From contig DAOTXE010000036.1 of NCBI GenBank assembly GCA_034435355.1, positions 12,071-76,070 of the forward strand: 64,000 bases of DNA, given 5' to 3'. The notes under the pieces were generated by a model. That model worked only from the letters and a program-made list of their open reading frames with translations. It was not told the DNA's origin and searched no databases. Origin of the DNA: Chloroflexota bacterium (GTDB lineage Bacteria; Chloroflexota; Limnocylindria; Limnocylindrales; CSP1-4). Shown here in pieces: positions 53,858-62,949 of the stretch (positions are counted from its first letter, which is position 1; each line of letters begins with the position of its first letter). A program made the position numbers and the translations under genes.

Positions 53858-55033
53858 ATGTCCGCAAAGATTCTCGTCGTCGACGACGACCCGAACGTCC
53901 AGCGCCTCCTGAGCTTCACGCTCAAGCAGGAGGGCTACGAGGTCGTCGTGGCCGGCGATGGGGCCGAGGGCTTCAAGCTGTGGTCCCAGGAATCGCCTGC
54001 CCTGGTCCTCCTCGACGTCATGCTCCCGAAGCTCGACGGCTACCAGGTGGCCACGAAGATCCGGGCCGAGGAAGGTTCGACGGGCCACGTCCCGATCATC
54101 ATGATCACGGCCGAGAGCGAGGTGGAGCAGAAGATCCGCGGCCTGCGGGCGGGGGCGGACGACTACCTCGTCAAACCCTTCCATCCGGCCGAGCTCCTGG
54201 CGCGGATCAAGAGCCTGCTCGCCCGCTTCGCGCCGCGCGACATGCTCGTCGGGCGGCCGCCGCTCGGACGGGTCCTGGCCTTCTACGGGGCGAAGGGCGG
54301 CGTGGGAACCACGACGATCGCGATCAACGCCGCCATCGCCCTCCACCGCGAGCTCGGCCGCAAGGTCTGCCTCGTCGATGCGAATCTCCAGTTCGGCGAC
54401 CATCGGGTGTTCATGGACCTCGGCCTGGACCGCAAGAGCATCGTGGATGTGGTCACCGCGACGTCGATCGACGCGGACCTCTTCCGCAACGTCGTCGTGA
54501 AGCACGACTCCGGGGTCGACCTCCTGCTCGCTCCGCCGTCCCCCGAGACCGCGGAGCTCGTCACGAAGGAGCACATGGCCCGGATCCTCGAGACCCTGCG
54601 CGGCCTCTACGACTACGTCGTGGTCGACGTCGACAAGCGCCTCGACGACACGAATCTCGGAATCTTCGACGTGGCGGACGTGCTCTTCGTGGTCATGACC
54701 GCCGACCTCTCCTGCCTCAAGAACGTGCGCCTCGTTCTCGAGACGCTCGGCCACATCGGCTACGAGGACGAACGGGTGAAGCTGGTTCTCAACCGATCGA
54801 ACGCGTTCACGGGCATCAACGTGAAGAACGCGGAAGCCGCCCTGCGGCGCACGATCGAGCACCAGATCCTCAACGAGTACCGGGGCGCGATCAGCGCCCT
54901 GAACTCGGGCGCGCCCGTCATGTTCTCCAAGGCGGACTCGCCGCTGGGTCGCTCCTTCCACGAGTTCGCGCGGGCGCTCGACAAGGCGCCGCGACCCGTT
55001 GCCGGGAGCGCGGTGGTGGCCACGCCGCGCTGA
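53858..55033 (+). CDS. Canonical receiver domain fused to CpaE/TadZ-type ParA/MinD-like ATPase (paralog 2)
   Basis: The REC domain has all signature residues (VVDDD, LLDVML, IMITA, VKPF). The P-loop is YGAKGGVGTTTIA, with Thr in place of the GK[ST] lysine. It is homologous to 29140-30288. Confidence 0.8.
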   Translation: MSAKILVVDDDPNVQRLLSFTLKQEGYEVVVAGDGAEGFKLWSQESPALVLLDVMLPKLDGYQVATKIRAEEGSTGHVPIIMITAESEVEQKIRGLRAGADDYLVKPFHPAELLARIKSLLARFAPRDMLVGRPPLGRVLAFYGAKGGVGTTTIAINAAIALHRELGRKVCLVDANLQFGDHRVFMDLGLDRKSIVDVVTATSIDADLFRNVVVKHDSGVDLLLAPPSPETAELVTKEHMARILETLRGLYDYVVVDVDKRLDDTNLGIFDVADVLFVVMTADLSCLKNVRLVLETLGHIGYEDERVKLVLNRSNAFTGINVKNAEAALRRTIEHQILNEYRGAISALNSGAPVMFSKADSPLGRSFHEFARALDKAPRPVAGSAVVATPR

Positions 55034-55037
55034 CCCT

Positions 55038-55056
55038 GCCGGGCGGTACGCCCGGC
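55038..55056 (+). terminator. Short GC hairpin after paralog 2
   Basis: GCCGGGCG-GTA-CGCCCGGC, starting 5 nt after the stop. There is no U-tract. Confidence 0.3.
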
Positions 55057-55117
55057 GGTGCGGCGATACGTGGCGGTGAAGCGGCGGTTGAGCCCGGGTT
55101 GACCGGGCGCGCCTACC

Positions 55118-56680
55118 GTGGCGGGCATGCTCGCAACGGTGCTCGCCGCAACGCTCCGCGGCCTCGAAGGGCGTCCCGTGCGCGTCGAGGTCGACGTGGC
55201 GCCCGGCCTGCCGGGCTTCACCATCGTGGGCCTCGCGGACGCGGCCATGCGCGAGTCGCGCGAGCGGGTCCGGGGCGCGCTCCGGAACGCCGGGTTCGTC
55301 CATCCTCCCCGCCGGATCACGGTGAACCTCGCGCCGGCGGACGTTCCGAAGGCGGGCTCGGCGCTGGACCTCGGGATCGCGATCGCGATCCTCGTCGGGT
55401 CCGAGCAGCTGCATCCACGCGGCCGCTGGGCGATGCTCGGCGAGCTCGGGCTCGGCGGGGAGGTCCGGCCGGTGCCGGGTCTGCTGCCGATGATCACCGC
55501 CCTCGCGAGACGCGGCGCGAGGCAGGTCGTCGTGCCCGCGGATGCGATCGACGAAGCGCGCCTCGTGCCGGGAATCGATGCCCTGCCGGTCGCCACGCTC
55601 GGCCAGGCGGCGGAGCTCGTGCGGGGCAGGATCGCGCGCGCGCGGGGACCGATCACCCGGGCGGAGCTGATCCCCGACGAGTCGGACTCGCGAACCGCGC
55701 CCGTGCAGGTCGATGATCCCTGGCCGGATCTTGCCGATGTTCGCGGCCAGGCCGAGGGCCGGCGCGCCCTCGAGATCGCTCTCGCCGGGGGCCACGCCAT
55801 GCTCATGATCGGCGCGCCGGGGTCCGGGAAGACGTTGCTCGCCCGGACGATTCCGGGCCTGCTGCCGCCGCTCGCCGGGGCGGAGGCACAGGAGGCAACC
55901 GCCATCGCCTCCGTGGCGGGCGAGGGCCCGCTCCGAAGCCTCGTCACCAGGCGTCCCTTCCGGGCGCCCCACCACACCGCGTCCTACGCCGCGCTGGTCG
56001 GGGGCGGGCCGCGCCTTGCGCCCGGCGAAGTGACCCGCGCCCATAACGGCGTCCTGTTCCTCGACGAGCTGCCGGAGTTCGACCGCGCCTGCCGGGAGGC
56101 CCTTCGCCAGCCGCTCGAGGAAGGCCGCATCGCCATCGCGCGCGCTGGTGGCGCGGTCGAGATGCCGGCTCGATTCCAGCTCGTGGCTGCCATGAACCCG
56201 TGTCCCTGTGGATGGGCCGGCGATCCGTCGGGGCGCTGCACCTGCCCGCCGGGCCTCCCGGATCGCTATGCGGCGCGAATCTCCGGCCCGTTCCGGGACC
56301 GGCTCGACCTGTGGGTCGGCGTGCCGCGCGTCGCTCCCGCCACGCTGCTCGCCCGGGAGGACGGCGAAGCCTCGGCGCCCGTCGCAGCGCGCGTCGCCGC
56401 GGTGCGCCTCTGGCAGCTGGGGTCCCGGGGATGTCTTGCGGGGAGGCTCTCGGGCCGCGCCCTGCGGGCTGCCTGCCGGCTCGAGGCGAGCTCCGAACGC
56501 GCCGCAATCCGGCTCGCCGATGCCGCCGGCCTGACGGCCCGCGCCACGGAGCGGCTTCTCCGGGTCGCCCGGACCATCGCTGACCTGGACGGTGCCGACG
56601 GCGTGGCCGTGCGGCACCTGGAAGAGGCCGCCCGGTACCGGGTCCCGGCAACGGCAGCAGCATCCGGCCGGGCCACCTGA
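55118..56680 (+). CDS. comM: YifB/ComM family Mg-chelatase-like ATPase
   Basis: Motifs LRGLEGRPVRVEVDV ... FTIVGLAD, GAPGSGKTLLA and GVLFLDELPEF. The start may instead be ATG 55127. Confidence 0.9.
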   Translation: MAGMLATVLAATLRGLEGRPVRVEVDVAPGLPGFTIVGLADAAMRESRERVRGALRNAGFVHPPRRITVNLAPADVPKAGSALDLGIAIAILVGSEQLHPRGRWAMLGELGLGGEVRPVPGLLPMITALARRGARQVVVPADAIDEARLVPGIDALPVATLGQAAELVRGRIARARGPITRAELIPDESDSRTAPVQVDDPWPDLADVRGQAEGRRALEIALAGGHAMLMIGAPGSGKTLLARTIPGLLPPLAGAEAQEATAIASVAGEGPLRSLVTRRPFRAPHHTASYAALVGGGPRLAPGEVTRAHNGVLFLDELPEFDRACREALRQPLEEGRIAIARAGGAVEMPARFQLVAAMNPCPCGWAGDPSGRCTCPPGLPDRYAARISGPFRDRLDLWVGVPRVAPATLLAREDGEASAPVAARVAAVRLWQLGSRGCLAGRLSGRALRAACRLEASSERAAIRLADAAGLTARATERLLRVARTIADLDGADGVAVRHLEEAARYRVPATAAASGRAT

Positions 56681-56681
56681 C

Positions 56682-58142
56682 ATGCTCGGGGTGGGGCGCC
56701 GCGGGACGTGCGGCGAATGGCGGGAGCCGGCCCGGGAGCCCGGCGCGGATTCCATCGGTCGGGGGCTCTGCGCCGCGCCGATGGGATCACCGGGCGCGGG
56801 CGGGTCGCCAGCGCGTTTCGGCCCTTCCCGAGGTTGCTCCGGTGGTCCTTCGAGCCCCGGATCGGTGGACGACGCCCCGCGGGTGGGAGGTTCGTCCCTG
56901 GACGAGACGGGTGCCTGGGCGGCCCTCATGGCCGTCGACGGGATCGGCCCGGTGACGCTTGCAGCGCTTCTCGCCGCCGCCGGGTCCGGGCTGGCCGTGC
57001 TTGCGATCGCGGCCGGCCCGAACGGACATCGGCGGTTGACGGAAGCGGTGGCCGCGCGCGGCGGTCACCTGGACCCCTCGCTCGCGAAGAGCCTCGAGGA
57101 GGCCGCCCAGGGAGCCCCGGCGCTCGTCGCGCGCATCAGTGCCCTCGGGATCGGCGTGCTGACGATCGAGTCGCCCGACTACCCTGCGCGGCTCCGGCTT
57201 CTCGACCTGCCGCCACCCGTCCTGTTCCTGCGAGGAGATGCGGGGGCGCTCAATGCCGAGCGATCCGTGGCCGTGGTGGGCACCCGGCGGGCCTCGGAGC
57301 GTGGGCGGAGGATCAGCGGCGCGATCGGCGGTGCACTGGCGACAGCGGGCGCCGTCGTCGTCTCGGGCCTCGCGGTCGGCATCGACGGCGCCGCCCATGC
57401 CGCCGCGGTTGCGACGGGCGGGCGCACCGTCGCTGTGCTCGGGTCGGGCCACGAGCGGCTCTACCCCAGGGCGCACGCGCACCTGGCGGACGAGATCGTC
57501 GCCGGGGGCGGCGCGATCGTCTCGGAGCTGGCTCCCGATGTCGGGCCCCTGCCGGGAACCTTCCCGCGCCGGAACCGCGTGATCAGCGGGCTCGCAGATG
57601 CGACCGTCATCGTCGAGGCGGGAGCACGGAGCGGCGCCCTGATCACCGCGAGCTGGAGCCTCGAGCAGGGGCGCGAGTGCTTCGTGGTCCCCGGGCCGAT
57701 CGACGCGGAGCAGAGCGTCGGCTGCAACCGCCTCCTGCGCCTCTACCCGGGACAGGCGCGGGCGGTCCCGGGCGTCCCGGAGCTGATCGAGGATCTTGGC
57801 TACGCGGGTGCAGCGACCTGCGCCGACGCCGACCTGCGGCGCCTGCGCGCGGGGCGCACCGTCGGGCCCGACCCGGATGCGGTCCTCGCGAGCCGGGGCT
57901 CCGCGGAAGCGGTGGTCGCGCGCGCACTGCTGCCGCGCGCGGCGACCCTCGAGGAGCTGGTGGATGCAACGGGGCTCGCCCCGGCGACGGTCCTCGCGGT
58001 GCTCACGCGGCTCGAAGGCGACGGGCTCGTCGTCGCCGGGCTCGGGCGGTACGGGGCTGCCGGCGTGCTGGCCGCAACGACGCCGCTGCGGCCCCCGGCC
58101 GGCCCGGGGAGGGCGGTGCGCGCGGGGATATCGGCGAGCTGA
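56682..58142 (+). CDS. dprA: DNA-processing protein DprA (Smf)
   Basis: Motifs VVGTRRASERG ... VSGLAVGIDGAAH ... FPRRNRVISGL ... VVEAG.RSGALITA. The first roughly 60 codons are G/P/R-rich, so the true start may be GTG 56865 or 56883. Confidence 0.85.
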   Translation: MLGVGRRGTCGEWREPAREPGADSIGRGLCAAPMGSPGAGGSPARFGPSRGCSGGPSSPGSVDDAPRVGGSSLDETGAWAALMAVDGIGPVTLAALLAAAGSGLAVLAIAAGPNGHRRLTEAVAARGGHLDPSLAKSLEEAAQGAPALVARISALGIGVLTIESPDYPARLRLLDLPPPVLFLRGDAGALNAERSVAVVGTRRASERGRRISGAIGGALATAGAVVVSGLAVGIDGAAHAAAVATGGRTVAVLGSGHERLYPRAHAHLADEIVAGGGAIVSELAPDVGPLPGTFPRRNRVISGLADATVIVEAGARSGALITASWSLEQGRECFVVPGPIDAEQSVGCNRLLRLYPGQARAVPGVPELIEDLGYAGAATCADADLRRLRAGRTVGPDPDAVLASRGSAEAVVARALLPRAATLEELVDATGLAPATVLAVLTRLEGDGLVVAGLGRYGAAGVLAATTPLRPPAGPGRAVRAGISAS

Positions 58143-58175
58143 GGCGGAGGGAGCAGGCGCGGCGGCCCCCGGGAA

Positions 58176-58205
58176 TTGCCCGTGCGCGGCGGGCGGTGGT
58201 ATGGT
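58176..58205 (+). promoter_or_regulatory. Candidate promoter TTGCCC-N18-TATGGT
   Basis: TTGCCC at 58176-58181 and TATGGT at 58200-58205, about 75 nt upstream of TTG 58280. Confidence 0.3.
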
Positions 58206-58279
58206 GCGAGACGACCACGGGGGGCGACGTCGCCACGCGACAGCGTGCGCGGCGCCGGCGAACGAGCGAGGAGCAGCCA

Positions 58280-60028
58280 TTGCGGAAGATCGTGGCCGCG
58301 ATCCTGGCCGTGCCGGTGCTCGTGGGGCTCTACCTGCCCGCGCTGCGCCGCCACGGCCCGGCGATCCGGGCGGCCGTCGCCGCCGGGGCCGGCCTCCTGA
58401 TCCTCGCCGCGGCCCTGGGGGCGCTTCCGCGCGCTGCTTCGGCTCTCCCGCCGGCGACCGCGGGCCCGGTCGCGCAGGAGCGTTTCGGCCCGGACGTCGA
58501 GTCGCTCCAGACCCTTGACGGCCCGGTGACCTTCATGTTCGCCGCGCCCATGGACCCCGCCAGCGTCGCGGCCGGGATCAGCGTGGACCCGCAGACACCG
58601 GTGACTCTGACCTGGCAGGACGGCGCACGAGCGCTGCTGGTGAGCCCGCGGGATGGCTGGGCGCCCGATACGTACTACACGATCACGCTCGCGGCGGGGT
58701 CGCGCGACGCTGCCGGGACGTCGCTCCCGGACCCGCTTCGGACGGCGTTCTACACGCGGGGCCCGACGGGTGCGCGGATCGCGGCGACGCAGCCACTGGC
58801 GGACGGCCGCGTCGCGCCGGATGCGGCCTTCATCGTGACGTTCGACCGGCCCGTGGACGTGGCAGCCGCGCGGTCTGCGTTCAGGATCGAGCCTGCGGTC
58901 GCCGGCCAGCTGCAGGGCGACGCCGCGACGGGACCCACCAACGAGCTCACCTTCATGCCGGACGAGGGGCTTGCGTCCGGGACCCGCTACACCGTGTCGC
59001 TGTCCGGGCCGCTGCTCGACACGACCGGGGCGCCGGTCTCGCCGATCCAGCCGCTCGTGGTGCAGACGGTCGTGGCACCGGCAGTCGTCCGGTTCCGCCC
59101 GCGGTCAGGCAGCGAGAACGTGGACCCGGGTGCTGCCATATCGGTGCGCTTCACGCTGCCCATGGACCGGGCCGCCACGCAGCGCGCCTTCGTCGTGACG
59201 GCGGCGGGCGCCCGCCTCATGGGTGATTACGTGTGGGCCGAGAACGATACGGTGGCCGTCTTCGACCCGCGTGATCCGCTCCCGGCGGGGACCGAGATCG
59301 TGATGTCCGTCACGACCGCCGCCGCCGGCGCGGACGGCACCCCGATCCAGGCGGCGGTGACGGCTCGCTTCACGACGGCGGCGAAGCCGGCTCCCACGCC
59401 CCGGCCAACTCCGGTCCCGACGCCGAAGGCGACCCCCGCGAAAGCCGCCCCGAAGCCCACTGCCACGCCCACGCCTACGCCCGCGGCCGCGCCCGCGAAG
59501 GTGACACCCGCGCCGACGGCGAAGCCGGTCGTGCCGACCTCGAGCGCGGGAGGGTCGAGCGGAGGTGGCCCATGGGCCTCGGCGGAGCGGTATTACCTCA
59601 CCCTTCTCAACTGCACGCGCGGGGGCGGTCTCGTGACGGCCTCCGGCGCCTGCTCGAGCCCTGGCGGGAGCGGGATCGCACCGCTCGTGCTCGACGCCGG
59701 GATCAGCAATACGGTCTCGCGGCCCTACGCGAAGCTCCTCGCGACGACCGGGGTCTGCAGCCACTTCGACGGCGGGAACCCCGGAGATCGGCTCCGGAAG
59801 GCGGGCTACACGAGCTATCGGTGGGCCGAGAACCTGGGCTGCGAGTCTGCCCCCAGCGCCATTGCGTCGGCGCTCGGCACGCAGCTCTACTTCCAATCGG
59901 AGCGCTCGTGGAACCCGCCCGGCGGCCACTGGGTCAACATGATGAACCCTGCCTACGACCGTGTGGGGATCGGCGTCTGGGTCTCCGGCGGGCAGATCCG
60001 GGTCGTCATCGACTTCTATCACCCATGA
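58280..60028 (+). CDS. Membrane-anchored/secreted protein: three SbsA-Ig-like repeats, Pro/Thr/Ala/Lys linker, C-terminal CAP/SCP (PR-1-like) domain
   Basis: TTG follows GAGGAG, then an N-terminal TM. There are three roughly 95-aa repeats of the pattern F..PMD ... V ... P ... Y.V. The linker is KPAPTPRPTPVPTPKATPAKAAPKPTATPTPTP. The C-terminus is GHWVNMMNPAYDRVGIG. Confidence 0.75.
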   Translation: MRKIVAAILAVPVLVGLYLPALRRHGPAIRAAVAAGAGLLILAAALGALPRAASALPPATAGPVAQERFGPDVESLQTLDGPVTFMFAAPMDPASVAAGISVDPQTPVTLTWQDGARALLVSPRDGWAPDTYYTITLAAGSRDAAGTSLPDPLRTAFYTRGPTGARIAATQPLADGRVAPDAAFIVTFDRPVDVAAARSAFRIEPAVAGQLQGDAATGPTNELTFMPDEGLASGTRYTVSLSGPLLDTTGAPVSPIQPLVVQTVVAPAVVRFRPRSGSENVDPGAAISVRFTLPMDRAATQRAFVVTAAGARLMGDYVWAENDTVAVFDPRDPLPAGTEIVMSVTTAAAGADGTPIQAAVTARFTTAAKPAPTPRPTPVPTPKATPAKAAPKPTATPTPTPAAAPAKVTPAPTAKPVVPTSSAGGSSGGGPWASAERYYLTLLNCTRGGGLVTASGACSSPGGSGIAPLVLDAGISNTVSRPYAKLLATTGVCSHFDGGNPGDRLRKAGYTSYRWAENLGCESAPSAIASALGTQLYFQSERSWNPPGGHWVNMMNPAYDRVGIGVWVSGGQIRVVIDFYHP

Positions 60029-60348
60029 TCCGGAACGCCATCCTGCACCTGCACAACGAGCAGCCCCTCCGCATCGACCTGTTCGAGACGCCCTCTCCGT
60101 CCGACACGATCCTCGTCGGGACGAACGTGCGCACACTGAGCGGTGAGCAGCCGGTGTTCGTCGGCCAGCTCGACGCGACGTTCGTGTTCCCGTACGCGCA
60201 GATCCGGTTCGTGGAGATCCCGCCGCGATCTGCCGCTCCAACCGGGATCAGCCACGCGATCGCGCTGCGGCCGCCCCGGCCGGAACCCGATCCGGAGCTC
60301 GACCTGGAGGTCGACGAGGACTTCCTGCGACGCGTCCGGGAGACCTGA
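60025..60348 (+). CDS. Small hypothetical protein, translationally coupled to the CAP-domain gene
   Basis: ATGA overlap. 107 aa, MIRNAILHLHNEQPLRIDLFE ... with an acidic C-terminus. I recognise no family. Confidence 0.5.
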   Translation: MIRNAILHLHNEQPLRIDLFETPSPSDTILVGTNVRTLSGEQPVFVGQLDATFVFPYAQIRFVEIPPRSAAPTGISHAIALRPPRPEPDPELDLEVDEDFLRRVRET

Positions 60349-60438
60349 GCCCGGCGGGACTGCGTCGGCGAGGAACCTGCGCTGGTCCGCCGTTGCCCCC
60401 GACCGGCGACACCCGATGACCGGCCGGCGAGGGGCCGG

Positions 60439-60447
60439 TGCTAGACT
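60439..60447 (+). promoter_or_regulatory. Candidate extended -10 TGC-TAGACT, 8 nt upstream of topA ATG
   Basis: TGCTAGACTCG at 60439-60449 is identical to the 11-mer at 22993-23003. There is no SD before ATG 60456. Confidence 0.4.
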
Positions 60448-60455
60448 CGCTCGCC

Positions 60456-62942
60456 ATGACCGCCAACCTCGTGATCGTCGAGTCGCCCGCCAAGGCCAAG
60501 ACGATCGAGCGCTACCTCGGGCCCGGCTACACGGTGCTCGCGTCCTACGGCCACGTCCGCGACCTGCCGGAGAACCCGGGGAAGGGCCAGCTGGGTGTTG
60601 ACGTCGAGCATGACTTCGCGCCCGACTACGAGATCCCGGCCGACCGGCGCCGGCAGGTCTCCGCGATCGAGAAGGCCGGCCGCCGGGCAGACCGGATCTT
60701 CCTGGCCACGGACCTCGATCGCGAAGGCGAGGCGATCGCCTGGCATGTCGCGCAGGCAGCTCACCTGCCCGCCGACCGGACGAGCCGGGTGACGTTCAGC
60801 GAGATCACGGAGCCGGCCATCCGCGCGGCGTTCGCGGCGCCGCGCGCGATCAACGTGGACCTCGTCGACGCTCAGCAGGCGCGCCGGATCGTCGATCGCC
60901 TGGTCGGGTACACGCTGAGCCCGCTGGTGTCCCGCAAGGTTCGCTCCGGCCTCTCCGCGGGCCGGGTCCAGTCGGTCGCCGTGCGCCTCGTCGTCGAGCG
61001 CGAGCGGGAGATCCGGTCCTTCACCGCGCGCGAGTACTGGACGATCGAGGCGACGCTGCTGGCGCCGGACGGGACGGCCTTCACGGCGGAGCTGCTCCGG
61101 GTCGCCGGGCACAAGCCCGTCGTTCCCGACGCCGAGACCGCGCGCCTCCATGTCGACGCTCTGCGCGCGAGCCGGCCCGTCGTGCGGGGCGTCACGGTCA
61201 AGCCGTCGAAGCGCAGCCCCGCGCCGCCGTTCACCACGTCGACCCTGCAGCAGGAGGCGAGTCGGAAGCTCGGCTTCAGCCCGAAACGGACCATGTCGGT
61301 GGCGCAGCGCCTGTACGAGGGGCTCGAGACGCCCGACGGGCAGGTCGGGCTCATCACCTACATGCGGACGGACTCGGTCGCGCTGTCGGACCAGGCGCTC
61401 GCGGAGGCCCGGACCGTCATCGATGCGCGCTACGGCTCCGACTATGTCGTCGCCAAGGGTCGGCGCTACCGGACCACGTCCCAGAACGCCCAGGAGGCCC
61501 ACGAGGCGATCCGCCCGACCTCGCTGGCGCGCGAGCCGGAGGCGATGGCCGCCGCGCTCGGCCGCGACGAGGCACGCCTGTACCGGCTGATCTGGCAGCG
61601 GACGCTGGCCAGCCAGATGGCCGAGAAGCGACTCGAGACCACCACGGTGGACCTGGCGGACGCCGGATACGACCTTCGGGCGACGGCCACCCGCACGCTG
61701 TTCGACGGCTTCAGCCGCGTCTACACGGAGGGCCGCGACGAGGGCGACGAGGAAGCCGAACGCACGCTCCCCGCCCTGGCGGCTGGGAACGTGACCACGG
61801 TGGAGAACGTGGCGTCGACCCAGCATTTCACCGAGCCGCCGCCGCGCTTCACCGAGGCGTCGCTCGTGAAGGCGCTCGAGGAGCTCGGCGTCGGCCGGCC
61901 GTCGACGTACGCTGCCACGCTCTCGACGATCGTCGACCGCGGGTACGTGACCATCCGGGAGCGCCGGCTCCACCCGGAGCCGGTTGCCGAGGTTGTCACC
62001 GACCTCCTCGTCGAGCACTTCGGGCAGTACGTGGACTTCGCCTTCACCGCCCGGATGGAGGGCGAGCTCGACGAGGTCGCGCGCGGCGAGCGCGCCTGGG
62101 TCCCGCTCCTGCGCGCCTTCTATGCGCCGCTGCGCACGCTCGTCGACGAGAAGCGGAAGGAACTCCGGCGGCGCGACTTCACCACCGAGCCGACGGACGA
62201 GATCTGTTCGCAGGGTCACCCGATGGTGATCAGGCTGGGCCGCAACGGGCGGTTCCTGGCCTGCTCGCTGTATCCGGAGCACAAGGAGTCACGCCCGCTG
62301 CCCGGCGAGGAGGCGGACCTGCCCGCACTTCCCGGGGTCGGCGAGCCATGTCCCGTCTGCGGAGAGACGGAGGGCGGCGTGCTCGTCGCGAAGCGGGGCC
62401 GGTTCGGGCCGTTCGTGGGGTGCAACCGCTACCCGGACTGCACGTTCATCAGGAAGGACGGGCCACCGCCCCCGGAACCGCTCGCGTTCCGGGTCGTCTG
62501 CCCGCGCTGCTCCGAGGGGCACCTCGTGGCCCGCCGCGCCCGGCGCACCGGCACGGTCTTCTGGGGCTGCTCCCGTTATCCGACGTGCGATTTCACGAGC
62601 GCGCGCGAACCGCTCGGGCCCGTCCACGACGCGGACGGGGGACCGGTCGCGCGGCGCGACGACGAGAGCGGCATCTGCCTGAAGTGCGGGGCGGGCGTGC
62701 CGCTTCCGGTGGGGCCCCTGCCGGACCCCGGGTCACCGCTCGCCGGGGGCCCGCCGGATCCGGCGGCGCTGGCGCGGCCCAGTGGCCGGGGTGGACGCCG
62801 GTCAGGGGGCGGGACGACGCACGGGCGCGCGGCCAGCATGGGTGGGGCGGCCCCGCGCCGCGCGACAGCAGCCAGCTCGGCGCGCCGGAGGCCCGCGGGA
62901 ACGGGCCGCGCGACGCGGCGGCCTGCGCCCGGCGCCGACTGA
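60456..62942 (+). CDS. topA: DNA topoisomerase I with C-terminal C4 zinc ribbons and basic tail
   Basis: TOPRIM LVIVESPAKAKTIERYLG, active-site region YMRTDS, and zinc ribbons CPVCG ... CNRYPDC and CPRCS ... CSRYPTC. Confidence 0.95.
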   Translation: MTANLVIVESPAKAKTIERYLGPGYTVLASYGHVRDLPENPGKGQLGVDVEHDFAPDYEIPADRRRQVSAIEKAGRRADRIFLATDLDREGEAIAWHVAQAAHLPADRTSRVTFSEITEPAIRAAFAAPRAINVDLVDAQQARRIVDRLVGYTLSPLVSRKVRSGLSAGRVQSVAVRLVVEREREIRSFTAREYWTIEATLLAPDGTAFTAELLRVAGHKPVVPDAETARLHVDALRASRPVVRGVTVKPSKRSPAPPFTTSTLQQEASRKLGFSPKRTMSVAQRLYEGLETPDGQVGLITYMRTDSVALSDQALAEARTVIDARYGSDYVVAKGRRYRTTSQNAQEAHEAIRPTSLAREPEAMAAALGRDEARLYRLIWQRTLASQMAEKRLETTTVDLADAGYDLRATATRTLFDGFSRVYTEGRDEGDEEAERTLPALAAGNVTTVENVASTQHFTEPPPRFTEASLVKALEELGVGRPSTYAATLSTIVDRGYVTIRERRLHPEPVAEVVTDLLVEHFGQYVDFAFTARMEGELDEVARGERAWVPLLRAFYAPLRTLVDEKRKELRRRDFTTEPTDEICSQGHPMVIRLGRNGRFLACSLYPEHKESRPLPGEEADLPALPGVGEPCPVCGETEGGVLVAKRGRFGPFVGCNRYPDCTFIRKDGPPPPEPLAFRVVCPRCSEGHLVARRARRTGTVFWGCSRYPTCDFTSAREPLGPVHDADGGPVARRDDESGICLKCGAGVPLPVGPLPDPGSPLAGGPPDPAALARPSGRGGRRSGGGTTHGRAASMGGAAPRRATAASSARRRPAGTGRATRRPAPGAD

Positions 62943-62949
62943 GCCGCTC

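Noticed and set aside
56682-56864. N-terminal roughly 60-aa extension of DprA as a distinct domain
   Set aside because: It is G/P/R-rich and looks non-coding-like. It may simply reflect an upstream in-frame ATG, with the true start possibly at GTG 56865 or 56883. This cannot be resolved without homologue alignment.
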